DNA of 64,000 nt. Source: Gordius albopunctatus. Its lineage: Eukaryota. Each line of letters starts with the position of its first letter. Within the stretch, counting starts at the first letter, position 1. Shown piece by piece: positions 23,901 to 38,189 of the stretch. A program made the translations under genes and the position numbers. The notes beneath the pieces were generated by a model, which saw only the letters and a list, made by a program, of their open reading frames with translations, was not told the origin of the DNA and ran no database searches. The stretch spans positions 1,798,001 through 1,862,000 of the forward strand of contig OZ193909.1 in NCBI GenBank assembly GCA_964276515.1. The letters are read 5' to 3'.

Positions 23901-26900
23901 TTTCAAATCTTTAAAACTTATCGTCTGCTTTTTCATCTACGGGCGCAGTTTCGGTACAACGACGTTTGCCATCGGGAACTTACACTTCACCCGGCATATC
24001 TATCCTCGAATCATACGTTTATGGGCCCGGGGGCAACGTAAGTTCGTTGACGAGTCATCGACGTTTCGAACCCGATCACGATCAAATGCCCTCTGTAACA
24101 GCTGATTTCAAACGCGATGTGCGTGCTGGGCCCAGTGAGACGTTCATTCACGCGAAATCGGGGCGCGAAAAAGCAGACCATGATTTAGAGCGATGGTCAA
24201 GTGATAAAAGTATAAGTGATAACGGTGTAAAGGATGATATTGGGATTAGAAGTGAAGAAGTTTCGGGCTTGCAAGAAGACGAAATTGTCCAAAGCTTTGG
24301 GGAAGATGTGGAATCCGAAAAATCGGGCATTGAAACATTAGAAGAAAAACCTTTTAAAGAGATCTCTTATATGCAAGACGATCAGAGGAGTGAAAATGAC
24401 GAGTTGCTCATATTACCTCATTTTCGCAAAAATTTAACGCGATACCAATCGACCCCTATTAAGGCAAAACTATCCGAAAACACTAAAACCTCTTCCTCGG
24501 AATCAATTGATAGAAGATCGTCCCCCGAAATATTTCCAGAAAACCTAGATTCTCACCCCCATACTTTGAAAGCGCAAACGCTAAGCTATTCAACCGACAT
24601 TCACCAGGCTATCACACCGAAGTTTAGCTTAAACGGAGAGGAAAGTAGTAAAGTCGCCCCCTCTAATCACTCTTCTACGCTCGTCTTTTGCGTTTCTTCC
24701 GGCGTGCAGACCAACATCAGCCAGGATGAAAGTGGTAAATCATCACGGGAAAGCCTCGGGAGTCGCGATCGTTACAAAAATGAAAATTTGGAGAGGAGAT
24801 TTTCGAAGGACAATGAAATTCCCTCGGAAAAAGTAGAATCGCCCCAGGCCAACAATCATTGCAAAGATAAAATCGGTAGGTTCTCCGATTCTTTAGAAAC
24901 TTCGCAAAAATTTGACACGACACAACCTAAATACCGTACACGTATAAATCGGTACGGAGACGAAATTAAAAGGTTGTCCAGCTCTTTGGAAGGAGACGAG
25001 TCTTGTGAAGACTTTAACATTTCGGTGGGAAAAATAAATTTCCCCCATACACTAACCCGAGATAACATGGGAACTCGGTCTAGCCTCGATAGCTCGCACA
25101 AAGAATCAATCGTGGGGGCGTCTGGTGTAGCGAAACGTCGCCATCGCAAAGATTTGATACACAATTCTCGTACACACCAGATCCCCCACAGCCATTCCAC
25201 CACCAGAATGCAAACTTCGCACGGCGGTTTAAATACCTTTAACATAAGCGTGAAACCGTGCCCTTCTCATAAGGAGGAATTTCGTTCGTTGAACGATTGC
25301 AATAAAAATTTGGTAGAACTGGTATCGAGCCTGGTTCAAGAAGTTTTAAGAAACAGGCCCGATATCGGATCTACCGAATATAACGGGCCAGGTCGGGCCG
25401 TGAAATTAACTCACCCGGTCGTAGCTATGGTAGAACCCATAGATAGAGGGTCTCCGGATAAACTCAATGGCGCTTCTCATAAGCGGGCTACCAAATTCTC
25501 TCGCCATACCTCTAGCGTCTCGAGCAGTGGCACCGGTGGGATTTCTGATCCTTCCAGCCGGACGGATCATTTAAAAATGGTAATATTTTGTTTGTCAATT
25601 TCTTTAATACACTCTCTGGTCTTACTTAAAACCGGGGAAGAGAATAATTTTGGGGTCGTCATAATTGCAACTACTAAATTTAATTAAAAAAATTGTAAGA
25701 TAAAATTTGCGAAGTTAAACTCATACGCGGCGTATTCCTATTTAGTAGTGTTTCTCCTTTAAAGCTACCAGATAGATTCTGGCTATTTTCAGTGCAAAAA
25801 TATCTTATTTTAATTTTATAATCTTGTCCAGGGAAAAAATGTTGGCAATAGATATTGTTATCGATTACTTTTCTATTTTTACCTCTTTTTTGGTCCTAAT
25901 GTCAAGGTAATAAACCTTTCAGATAAAACTTCTATGGGCTGGTCTATAAATAATGTATGTATGTGTGTAATATTTTTGAAAAAACTAATAAAGTTAGCAA
26001 TAATGAAAGGTGACAAAGTCCAAGTTTAGGAAAAAAGTTGTTATATTTTGTATAGGTCATGGAAAGGGCGATTAGGAGGCAATTAAAGAAACGACTGGGC
26101 ATGAAAGGAGCCAAGAGCTCTTCGGCCCTCTATAGTTCAGCCAGTGCCCATAGCCAGTGGTCGATCTTGAAAGATTCTCACCAAAATCGCGACCACGCGC
26201 TCGAGCACGAAAGGGGCCTGATTGAAAGGATTAGCGAAAATGTTATATCACGCCTATTACCTCATCTCCTACAATTGAGTTCTGACCGTTCGAACACTGG
26301 TTCGTTGAGCTATAATTCGTTAATATAATCGTATTTCTGTCGGTATTTTAGGAATGACCTGGGTACTTATTTCTGTTTGGGGAATAACTTGCTTACGTTT
26401 AATATGGTTGGGCTGCCTCATGTTAGCATACGCTTAGGACTCGCTTTTTTAAATCATAAGTTTCAATGTAATCAATTTATTAATAGATTGTTTCTCGAAA
26501 TTCCTCCAACTAATTAAATTTTGAAAAAAGGGCTAAAAATAAAAAAAAATTATTGGTTGAATCGAATAATAGTTAGAAACATATTTTGCACCTTAAACTA
26601 ATATAGACTTTTTTCAAACCGTTTCGTGTAAGCAGTGGGACGAGAAGAGACGCCTGCATCTTTTGATTCAAGTCAACTATCCGACCAAGTCCCTAATTCC
26701 CGTCCCCCTAGAGGATCTCACCACTCCTCAAACCCATCCACTCCGAAAAATGGCCCCCAAAATTCGGATGACCCTTCGGCCATTAATGAGAGTCTGGCCA
26801 GTCATCAGCCCCATGTTGGTCCGTGCGACATTTGCGACATTAGAAAGGGTCAAAAGATAATGGTGGAACGGGAGGGAAAGAGGGGTCGAGGTTCTCGGAT

Positions 26901-29085
26901 TAAGAGAGATTATTTGCCCGATGGCGCTTTGAATAAAACATCAACCGGCGTAGAATCATCTGGTAGCGATAGATCTTATCCCAATAGCGTCGGTGAGAGA
27001 AATTTTTAGCTTAAAAATTGTTTTTACCGGCAGAGGAATATTCGATGTTTTACGGGTACGCCAGTATGAATGTACGCTTAGAGACGTTAATAACGTTCAA
27101 TTGACTGATACTCTTTGCATTTTGAACTTAGGTGGATTACGTATAGATGACATACACAAGATAAAATTCTTATCAGATATGATCTAATAAATATAATGTT
27201 TTTGTGTGACTTAGTTGAACTGAATATAATTCTTGTTACGAGATTCGCTCACGTGTAAATTTCAAGTTTTCAACTCATTATATTGTTAATTGCTTTGGGC
27301 CAATATGCTATCTACTTGCTAGTGTTGTAAAAACGACTGGTTTAGTTTGTGGTCGACTAAACATAAACAGCCCAGAGATCTACCCGTTTTTACAACAATA
27401 CTACTTGCTATTGGGCGAAAAAGTCTAGATGCCATTTTTAAAAATAAGTACATCCTAATTATAGGAAGTGTGATGGCTCACCCAACGCGTTTTTATATAT
27501 TCCCATTAATGTAATCTCTCAATCCATTATGGGTTCGATATTATATATACAGCCTAAGGGTTGCAATGAGAGTTAGGTCCTTTTGTGAATGAATTTAAAG
27601 CTATTTTTGCCCCCCCCCCAACACATCATTACCGTTTAAAACCTCAAATTAATTTTATTTTAAATCTTTAGCCGAACAGTCAATCAATGTCTCCCGAGCA
27701 CACTCGGAGCTTTTCATACCAATCGACAAAAGCTTCGATGAGGCGCCAGCAAAAGATTCGTTGTCGGAATTTGTAACGGACCTCGATTCTCTCACACTAA
27801 AAGTTAGCATAAAATCTATTACGTTTTGTTGTATAAGGTTATAAATGGGCTTAGCCAGCATTAAAATTAGAGGGAGATGATAATGATTTAGGGAGAAGGG
27901 CATAATGATAATTTTTTTAAGTTTTAGTCATAATTTTGATAAATTGTAACGAATTTCTGGATTTAGATGGTGGCTATCCCCGTGAGGTTATATATTAAAA
28001 AGGGTGCGCCAAATTTGCCCCGAGTATACCCTCAAACGGATTTTTATAATTTAATAGCACTCCTAATTTTTTTGTACACCGAAATATACATTGATATGAG
28101 CCCTAATTCGTGGCTTCTCAAAATTATTTCCAAATATTTGGTGCGAGCGTCTTAGAAAATGGTTTTTTAAATGTAAATGATGACAATAATTTTTCCGAAA
28201 TAAAATTTTTAAATCGTATCGATATTAAATTTTTAACCATCTTATGAACGAATCAGCTATCTTATTATTTTTAAGACTATGGCTAAAGTTTAATTACACC
28301 TATATAGGCGTTGAATTAGATTGTAGTTTTAAAGATTTTTAATATCTCCACTCTTATTAAAATTATATAAACCAATAAAAATGCACACCAAAAGATTATT
28401 TAATTTAATATACGTGAAAAAGTCCATTGGTCAAAAACTAATAGCGCTATCACCAATCGTGATCCTTTAAAATTTCAGAACAACTTCACAAACGCTCATA
28501 GGAATTGATATGACAGGATTGATAAATTAAAGTTATATCTATTTATCAAATTTTACCTGAATACTAAGTAGTAGGACCATAAAACACGGCTAAATGTAAA
28601 TTTTTTGCTCGTTTTAGGATCGTCTGAGAACGTTTCGTCCCGATTTCATCGTCAATTCTTGGTGTCGACAGCAACACGTAGCTCTCCTAGCTGTTAAAAG
28701 ACGGTCCTCTAGAGGAGGCAAGCTAAATTCTACGGGCAACCTAGCGGTAGTGACAGATTGTGGGAAGGGCTCTACCCTCTCACTCAGAGATAGGTATTTC
28801 ATCAATAAAAGACTCAGGAGCCGACCGAGAAAATTGAAGTCCAAGCCCGGGGCTTTGGTAAGGCCCTTCAAAATATGCGAAGAAACCATTAAGAACGAGC
28901 GGCAAGAGAGGCAGCCAACGGTTTTGAATGAAAAGGTGGTCGAGAGTGGTAATCGCGTATTGGGCTGCCCTAAGGTTAGCGTTTCCAAATATACTGCCAG
29001 CCCCCAAAGACAAACAAGCTCTAGGGGTGGTGGTAATAGATACGAAGATTTGGATACCGTGCCCGTGCTAGAACATCCAAAGTAG
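20906..29085 (+). CDS. Large multi-exon Ser-rich, low-complexity protein with a possible C-terminal ALMS motif; 3' end uncertain (possible extra exon near 30198)
   Basis: Phase-consistent GT-AG exons approx. 20906-21242, 21278-21341, 22046-22084, 23072-23130, 23949-25579, 26056-26299, 26636-26992, 27672-27802, 28618-29082; TLKDRLRTFRPDFIVNS resembles the ALMS motif. Confidence 0.65.
21342..21519. repeat. 89-bp near-perfect tandem duplication
   Basis: GTATCTAGATATCC...TTAAGCAT at 21342-21430 and 21431-21519. Confidence 0.92.
27320..27400. mobile_element. 81-bp hAT-type MITE
   Basis: TIR TAGTGTTGTAAAAACG; perfect 8-bp TSD CTACTTGC; related to 57798-58201. Confidence 0.8.
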
Positions 29086-30610
29086 GTCTTACTATTAAGT
29101 TTTATAGGCTATCTTTAGTTGGGTTTTCAGGTAGTGCATGAATATCGTCCTCTAATTTAATTTTACTATTATTGAAGTTTAATAAATATGTGGCGTTTTT
29201 AAAAATTGTTTTATTTCGCTTATACGTTTTTAAAACACTAAAATTGATAGTAAGTAGCACAAAATGGAAACTTATAATCAAACAATGTGTAAATGTAGAA
29301 AAAATTTTAATTAATGTTGAAAGGATTGACTAACAACATGGGTGAAATTTTAAAAGAATAAGTAAAATGACTCTAACAGTGCCGTTTTTTGGAAACAAGC
29401 TGTATGCGATCGTGAATAAAAATTATTAAATCCTGATCTCTGACAAATTTTTAACTTTTTGTCGTGGAATGCACCTCAAAAATCGAGGTCTTTAATAAGG
29501 GAATAATAGTTTAATGTGAGATTGTTCCGTGTATCAGTGTATTTTATTTAACTGATTCAACCGCTATTAATCACACAGACAAGAATGCAATAGTAATGCT
29601 ACAAACAACCCAAGAAATCGTCAACAAATTATTCGTTTGAAATCTTTGCAAGACAAAAATTAAGAATAACATCCTCTATGCCTGATCTCACTTTCCAACT
29701 TATTTATTATACGCTGTTTGATTAAAATCGCTTTGTAGATGCAAAAATTATTTATAAACCCCTAAATTCGATTTGAGAGTATTATTGTTTAACGTTTATG
29801 TATGCGCGATGAAGCGTAAAATATCACCCCCTTTTTAACGGAAATAAATTTTTTTATATAAGACTTAAATGGAACATGTAAATTGGTACAAAATTCTACT
29901 CTAGATATAATTCCCAAAGTTGATCGTGAATAATTTTTAATTATAAAAAAGAGAGGGCACAAATTTTTTAAAACTTGAAATGATGCTGTTATTCGATGGG
30001 CAAGGTCTTAGCCAGGTCGAGGTAAAATAGAACAGATACCCAGCCCCCCCCCCCCAAACTATAAAATTCGGAATCCATTTATTTAAAAAAACGTGATTGT
30101 GCCTAAATTAACAAAAACTTTTGATATCAAAACAATGGGAAATAGGTAATAAAAATACTATTTATTTAATAAATACAAAATAATTTTTTTATCATAGGAA
30201 AGAATCGTCAATAAATACATTAAGTGAATTCGTTGTAATACTTTATAAGTTATAGGACAAGATTAGTTGGATGGTTTAATATGTAGAGGCTACGAATTTA
30301 ATTAAAAAACCTCCTTTCGCACGCTACTTTCCCTTGACCCCGTCTAGGCAAATTCTAACACGTTACTTTGGTTAATAGCTCGTCGCTTATACTTTATCAT
30401 CGCCTGACTTATACAAATTATTATTCACGCACCCTAATCATAAAAGTGAATACATTTAAGTATTTGAATGTCTCGCAATTCACCTTATTATACACACAAA
30501 TAACCTCGCAGAGATGTGTATATAAACGCGATGTTATTAAATAAAAGTATTCATTCATTTTTCCATTATCTTTTAACTTAACAGCTCTTTAAACTTAACA
30601 AATACACACA

Positions 30611-31584
30611 GCACTTCTACTCTCTGTCCCGCACACTAGTGGGAGAGAAAAAGTGTGATCAATTACAGCTTTTGAAAGAGAACGCTCTTTTCCGCTCTTC
30701 ACTTAGCATGCAACTTACTCCTTCCCTTACTTTGTATTTGTTTTCGCCCGATTCCATTTGACCCCCCCCCCACTTTTTTATAATGCTAAATCTTATATAT
30801 AAAAATGTAACTATGTGTGTGTATATATATGCTGCCACCAATTTTGGAAAACTACCAGACCTATTTGGCTCAAAATTTCACAGTTTATTCCTGGCACTCC
30901 GGAGCATGTTTTAAGATTTGTTCCAGCTAAATCGGTAGAGTAGTTTTTGAGTATTCGTACGCGTTGCACTGTATACGGAAATAGAACAATAGAAGTAGAA
31001 CATATAGACATCAAACTTTATTTTTACTTCAATAACCGCTTTATCACCATATATGCCCTAAAATTCCAACATAATTTAATACACCCGGGTAAATGGCAAA
31101 ACACCGTTTGCCCGGTTCATCTAGGTTTTTAATAATTTAAAAAAACTCGCCAAAAATTTAAAAATTACTGCTAGTGAAATTTTCATAATCTTTTTAAATT
31201 GTTTTTGCAGTTTAAAATTAAAATATTAACTAGATAATTTAGTAAGATAACCTTTAAAGATGGTTCATTCTAATTTTTTTACGAATTTTGTAATAAATAT
31301 ATTTTTGTCAAAAAGTTTATAACTTTAAACTTTGATAAAATTTAACAATCTTTTAAATTAAAAATACCACTCAAACCTAGAAATTTTAGCCGAGTTTTTT
31401 TTTGCTTTTTTCGAAATGTTAAAAAAATTTAAGCAAAAAACGACATAACCACAAAATTTTAAAAAAGTGCGAGATCAGATGGAAAAGTGGCGAAAACATA
31501 TACAAAGTAAGGGAACTTTCAAAAATAAAGATTGATCAATCTTTTTCTCTCACACTAGTGTGCAGAAAGTGAGGCAAGAAGTGC
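30611..31584. mobile_element. Inverted-repeat MITE-like element containing a Helitron-like insert
   Basis: GCACTTCT...GCACACTAGTG(G/T)GAGAGAAAAAG inverted at both ends; no clear TSD. Confidence 0.55.
30791..31124 (+). mobile_element. Non-autonomous Helitron-like element
   Basis: Starts A|TCTTATATATAAAAATG, short TG microsatellite, 3' hairpin GGCAAAACACCGTTTGCC followed by CTAG. Confidence 0.6.
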
Positions 31585-31974
31585 AAAAGTAAAGAAATAC
31601 CCTACCCGCTCCAGATGAAATAAAATTACACAATGAGAATGTGTGAGGTAGTCTTCTAAAAAGCAATTTTGTAGGACAAAATTTGCATTCCTTTCTTACT
31701 ATTTTTTAAAACATAAATATTAAAATACTTATATTGATTTATATTTATTTAAGATTAATTTTTGTATAAAATCTATTCTTAAATAACTCTTTTTAAAATC
31801 AAAATAACATTGGTAATAATAAAATAAAAATTTTAACATTTAGGAGTGAATTATATACATATAAAGGCATCAGCAAGTTTTAATAGTTTATATAAGATTA
31901 ATATAGCAAATTGAATACAGAAATATGATAAACAACAGTTTAATATTTATAAAAATTTGATTGACCACAAACAA

Positions 31975-33089
31975 TCACCTATAGTTATTTTTATTTTTTT
32001 GGTATTGACTCTCTTCGCTTATTTCATCTTCTATCTTAGTATCTTCTAATTTAACATATTCTTTAAATACATTATACTCTTCTAGTGATAAATATTTGTT
32101 GCAGGTCTGTGTTATAAAATATTTGTCTGAATTGTCAACTATATGTTTTAGATTGTATTTTGAGCTAAGTTGAGGTTGTTTCTGGACAAAATAAATTAAA
32201 TAGTTTTAAATTTAGAAGTATTGTGTATTAAAATGCAATAAAAATAATTATTTGGTATTATATAAAATAGTGCCAATTACACGATCAGGCTTGACAAAGA
32301 GGCCAGATCTTAATAAAAATTGATGCCTGGTGTAGCTATGCATAAAAGAATAATTGAAAAGGCCTGATTTTATTATAGGAATTTGATCATAACCCATATT
32401 ATTATAGGCATAATAAAACTTTTTATAAATTTCTTCATTATCTTCAAAAATTAAATTTGGATAGTCACCAATTAACTCAATAATTTGATGATAAGCAAAT
32501 AACTCATATAAGGAATCAATTTTTTCTTGAATCACTTTTTCATTTAATAATAGAATCTAAAAATTATAATATATAAATCCAAATTTACCTCAGGATAATC
32601 CATCACTAATTTTTGGATATGCTTCATACTAAATTTGAAAGACATTAAGCCATTGACTTTATTTTTTATAGAATCCAAATCTAAATGCAATATTTTGGGG
32701 CATTCTATTAAAATTTCTACAATTTTTTTACATGGAAAACCATAATCATAAAATAACCTATATTTTTCAGTAAAAGAATTTGTATTCTGGTCGTTTAACA
32801 ATATTTTATAATGTTCATTAATCAAAATAATAATATAGCTAGTATCATAATTAATATCGACAAGAAATTTTATAATAGTCTTAAAATTTTGTGAATTATA
32901 ATGTGTTAAAATGCTGAGGTCATTAGTTGATTCAATCAAAGAGTTGGAAATTTTGTTCACTTGAACCAAGCTTTCATTTTCAGTAGATGAATTAAAACTT
33001 TTTATGTAGATCTGCTGTTGGTTAAATATATATTTTAAATGAACACGCTTTACAGATTTTAAAATGAACATATTGTGATGGTAATTCAT
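31975..33089 (-). CDS. MTERF4: Mitochondrial transcription termination factor 4-like, 3 exons
   Basis: mTERF repeats (ILIECPKILHL, LVMDYPEILLL, DYPNLIF); RHQFLLRSGLFVKPD...LKHIV...SLEEYNVFK resembles the MTERF4 C-terminus; GT-AG introns of 32 nt and ~98 nt. Confidence 0.75.
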
Positions 33090-33752
33090 CGTTTTGGTAC
33101 CTCTTAGAGAGGTTTTATTATTATTACCTTTGATGCTTACTTGTAATATTTTTGACACGTCAAAAGGAAATAAAATCTGGTTAAACCCTATTTTAAGCTC
33201 AACTAAAAACTGATGTTAAAATATCCAAGAAACTTGCATTTAATACACTTTGCTAGGAAAACATATATTCTGTGATATTGTACCACGTATTCACATCTCT
33301 TATTATAAAATTAGATTATTAGATGGTACCTTTGATTCGAATATATGAAATCAATCTATTCACCATGCTCATTTTAATTTCAATAAACACGAGACATTGA
33401 ATTTCATATATTAGAATACCTGACAATTCACCAATATTATTCACATTAATAACCTCGCAATAAGTGTATGTATATAAACTCGAATACTTAGGGGAAAATA
33501 TTCATTCCATTTTTTATTTAAATAAAATATGTTGTTTGCTTTTACTTAATCTCCTTTTTAATATAATATTATATTAATATTTATAGGGACGAAGGCAACA
33601 ACAGTGACTTATTTAATTTTTAACCACCCTAACTGTAGTAGTTGCTACTTCTTAAACCTTTTTATGGTTCATTCTTTAATAAAATTTGCTAGTTCTTTAT
33701 TAAAATTTTCCTAGTTGCGGTGTATTTGTATATTTAAATATTAGGTAAATTC

Positions 33753-35381
33753 TACGCCTCTGGGAAATATTCGAGATTCGATTCGAATTGAATTCGAACG
33801 AATCGAATATTTACGCTGCTAAGATTCGAAAATCCGAATCGAATTTAAAAATCGATTTTCATTTTTTCAGTTTAATTTAAATAGACGAGACTCAAATAGT
33901 TAGCTATATCTTACATCATTTTAGTTATTTTTCCTGCTGCAATTTAAAAAAGTTTAATTAAAAAATTTTTAAACTTACAAAAGTTATGATCACAATTTAT
34001 TTAAATTATGGACTTTTATAAAACTTGTAAGACAGCGAAAAATATTTCAAGATTAAAGACTCTATCTAAAGATTTTGACAAAAACTTGAAATGGTAGTCA
34101 GGTGGAACATCACTTATATAATGATACAAAAGGCTATTTTAGTAAGCCAGGCATTTAATTTGACCTTTAAATTTCTCTTAGGATGAATTAATATCCAAAA
34201 TTAAATGGGAACAAATTAAAAAAGTTAAAGTGATTTTATAGTGCAATTAATTTAATATCCAGGGGGAGGGGGCAAATCCCAAAATTAACTTGGTGTTACC
34301 GGTATATTATTAAACAGGCATAAAAGATCATGCTGTCAAAATGGCCAAACAGAAAATTGAAGATATATGGCATTCAACAAGAAGGTAGTCTTATTGGCGA
34401 GTGTCGTCGATTTAAGGCTCAAAATTTGAGTGTATCATTAGTACATGGCATATCCTATAGAGAAAGGAAGTAAGCCCGATTTTGTATCCACTAGCGAGTT
34501 ATTAACACTGGATCGTCTACTAAGAGCGACAAGGCTAAGTCTCCATTGGAGACATTTTTGCACAAACCACGTGTGGCCTCCAATGCTGAGCCTTTACAAT
34601 GGTGGAAATCGAATCAATGTCGTTTTCAGCCATTAAAAAATTGTAAAGAAATCTTCTCTTTATACCTGGATTATTTACCCCGCGCGAAAACTAATTTATT
34701 GACCAAACACAGTATTTAATCCTTGAGGGCTTTATTGGTTTATTCAGTGTATGTCCCGAATTATAATATATATATCCCGTTTTTCAATATTCCAAACAAC
34801 AACGTTTTAGCACCAACAATATTCAAATTTTGATACATCACGCGGTATGTCAGATTATACAAATAAAAAAGATAAAGTGATATGCACCACATGCGATTAT
34901 ACAACCAGATACTTTGTCTATTCGTTACATTATAAACAAAATGGTAGTTGTCCTAATAATACACGCATGAAAAAGGTTACTGATCCTAACACACAGGCAA
35001 TCGTTTGAGGGAGAAAGTGTTAGGAAGATGATTTGCCTTAAAAGTTGGGCTAAAAACGGTTCTTGATTGTCTTACACCTATCGCCATAGTTTTTTGTTGG
35101 CCTTTAATATTTTTATTTTCAATGTGTGTATTTTTTAAATATTTTTAAAATATATTTTCCAAATTTATATGCAAATTTAAAAACATAATAGCCCTTTTAA
35201 TTTTTTTTTAATAATAAAAAAACTTAATATATATTCGAATCGATTTCGAATCCTTAAATTTTTTTCGAATATTTATTTTAATATTCGAAGAATCTCGAAT
35301 CGAATATTTATTTTTGGAAAAAAATTCGAATCCGAATCGAATACCAAAAATATTCGATTCGATTCGAAATCCAGAGGCGTA
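33753..35381 (+). mobile_element. hAT transposon deletion derivative with decayed transposase
   Basis: TIR TACGCCTCTGG/CCAGAGGCGTA; perfect 8-bp TSD GTAAATTC; subterminal ATTCG repeats; remnants VRWNITYIMI, PLQWWKSN, CLKSW. Confidence 0.9.
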
Positions 35382-35829
35382 GTAAATTCACACCGTAGAC
35401 GAATGCTAATCACAAGAAAAACACGTACGCAAGGAGACTTTACTAGAACGTGGCCTATAAATAGTTAAAACTATCCAGAAGGATATATAAAAACACATAT
35501 CTAAACTCGCTATTGGATTGTTTTTTTACTACATTGTATTTAGCCTCTGGTTGTCCTGAAACATTGTGCCCTCCTTATTTAATGTATATACTTATAACGC
35601 GCACATTCGCCATTTTCAATAAGTTGCTTTATTCTAAATGGTCAATAAATCGATTCATCAATTTTCAAAATACTAAATTCGTAGCAAGACACAAAACTTA
35701 TCAATTCTTGCCAAACGTATGCCTAGAAGCAGTTTAAAATAAATATCTTTTGTATTCTCATAACATGTATTTTCGATTAGTTTAAATAAATTATTATTTA
35801 AATTCAACATTCTGATGCGGTCGATATGA

Positions 35830-36930
35830 TTATGGTTGCGAATTCGGAGAATGAAAAACTTGGGAGAATTACATTAGCCAGTTTCGATCCAACGCAAGAC
35901 TATATCGAATTATATATAAATCATATTGATGCAACACACGATATTGCAGGGATATCTTCGAATTCAGCAAAGAACAAGCTGATTAAATCTTATTTTGGTT
36001 TGTAAAATTTAGAAAAATTATCCCAATTCTTTTATCCAAAATTATTCAAGGACGCGGATTGGGAAGAAATTCTGTGTGTCATACGTAAAATTTTTAATAA
36101 AAACGTTACAGCTTTTTCAGCCAGGATTGACCTTATGAGATCAAAACGAACATCTGATGTTGAAAACTCATTTTTGGGGCAGGCATTCTTCGATTAGAAT
36201 TGGAAATTAGAACAAATTATTCAAACTGCGATGACGAGGACGGAACGCCTCTATCATTGAGCAAAGTCCTAGAAATGGCCTTGACATTTGAAAGGGCCGA
36301 TACGGAGGTCCAAGAGGCGCAAGAGGTAGTACACAAGATTTCTAAATTCTACAATAATTCGAACGAAGAGTATTATAAGGATACTATTAACAAAAGCCAC
36401 AATTGTGGACGTTGTGGTCAACAGCATCGGCAAAACCTATGCCCCGCTTTCAATGTGATTTGTAGGAATTTCCATAATAAAGGTCATTATGCGCGATGTT
36501 GTATGGAAGACCCTAAAGTTCAAAAGATTGATTTCAGCGGAGACGACAGCTATAAGACTACCATTGATTCGATCAATCACATTAAACGCCGGGGTCGTCT
36601 AGCGGCCATTGAATTAAAACTTAATGGAATTCGTACTCTCGTGGACTAAGAAACTGCAGCTCAAGTTTCTATAATTAATAGTAATTTGTGGGAAAAATTG
36701 GGTCTCTAAAAATTAAATCGACCATATCGCCCATGGTGTACGGTAATACTAGTCTAAAGATTTTAGGCGAGACAGCCATGAAAGTGAAAGTTTGGTCACA
36801 AACTAAAATCTTAACGGCTCTAGTAAGCAAAAAACATGAGGTACCGCTTTTCGGATTGCCATGGAGCATAGCTTTTAAGCTTGATTTGCCATCAATAGTA
36901 AAGTTTCAAATGTTGAATCTATTGGACGAG
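35830..36930 (+). mobile_element. Degenerate Mag-like gypsy gag-protease remnant
   Basis: VLEMALTFE, CGRCGQQH...HNKGHYARCC, decayed protease site, PLFGLPW; similar to the element at 14272-16859. Confidence 0.8.
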
Positions 36931-38189
36931 CATTAATTTATCTCAAATATTGGAGCGAGACGTTTCGGAGGCTTGATGGAGCAAGGACGAGCGCGACAAA
37001 GGCATCTATTGCACCAACAAGAATCATCGTCCCTGCTGGGCCCTCAACCTCCCTCCAAATCTTATAGGAGCGGCAGGAGAGGTTTGAATCGTAGCTCTCC
37101 ACCACCCCACGATGTTAGGCATTCGCCTACGAGATTTCCGCGTTCGAACGATAGGAATTATCGGTTTGATAATATGGCAAAAGGGTTAAATATAGTTTCT
37201 AAGCCCATGTATAGTAACAATATATCGTTGTGTAATAAAGTCGGGGGCGCTGGTGGTAATCATTTGCGAGAATTTTCTTTAGGTAGCGGAGGGTATCACC
37301 ATTCATTTCCCACTGGGCCCACACAACTAAATGAAGTTGGAAGACAACCTAAAAGGGACTCGAAAGGAGCAGGAGGAGGACCTGTAGCCTTTGTGATCGG
37401 ATTTATAAAGGAAGGAGATAAAGTATTTGACCTCGAAGCGCCTCTAGCCCTCTTGATCGACCTATAAAGGGGCTTCACCTCAATCCAGGTGTGAAGACGG
37501 ACATTTGTACAAAGATATAGCCAACATTGGTAGTAACGACGTCGCTTTTACACATTTTGGCGGTAAGGGTGATGCCAAACGTCAACGTGTCGAACCTCGC
37601 TACCCTCCCCATCGTAGTGGTGGCGGTGGTTCTTATCAGACTCAAAAGATGCTCGGTTCTTCTCCCCTACAACATAAAAAAGCATAAACCCGGTACGATC
37701 TCAAGCCACTGCGGGTTATATGGAATAAACAGACTGAGTACTCCCACCATTATACAGGTTCATCATAACACGCGCTTCCCTAGTGTAAGGTCCCTTTTTA
37801 CTAATTCCCTCCCCCATGGTAATAAATTGTAGATAAAATTAGTATAGGGCGAGCGCTCTTGTTTTTATAGAACCGCTACATCTGCCATATTTTCTAGTTA
37901 CATTAACAATCCCACTGATAAAAAATTAGGGCATGAGGGGGAGGGGGTTCTTTATACTATTCTAATTATGTCAATAAAAACTAGGTAACACCCCCTAACC
38001 ATATATCTAATAGTCCATCAGGTTCTCTATAAAAAAATAATACACTAGTTGTCCGTTTGTAACATACCCACACTGTATGCCTCCACAAAAAGGACACTAA
38101 CAGTGTAAGTGGGGCTCTGAGAATACAAATACCACTTCAAGAGACCGCAGGGCGCAACTTCTAGCGCGCCCTCGACAACACTAACTAAC

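Noticed and set aside
33775..33845. CRISPR-like or regulatory array of TTCGAA/ATTCG motifs (also GTCTC arrays near 58980 and 59740)
   Set aside because: Irregular, no spacers; explained as hAT subterminal repeats in eukaryotic DNA
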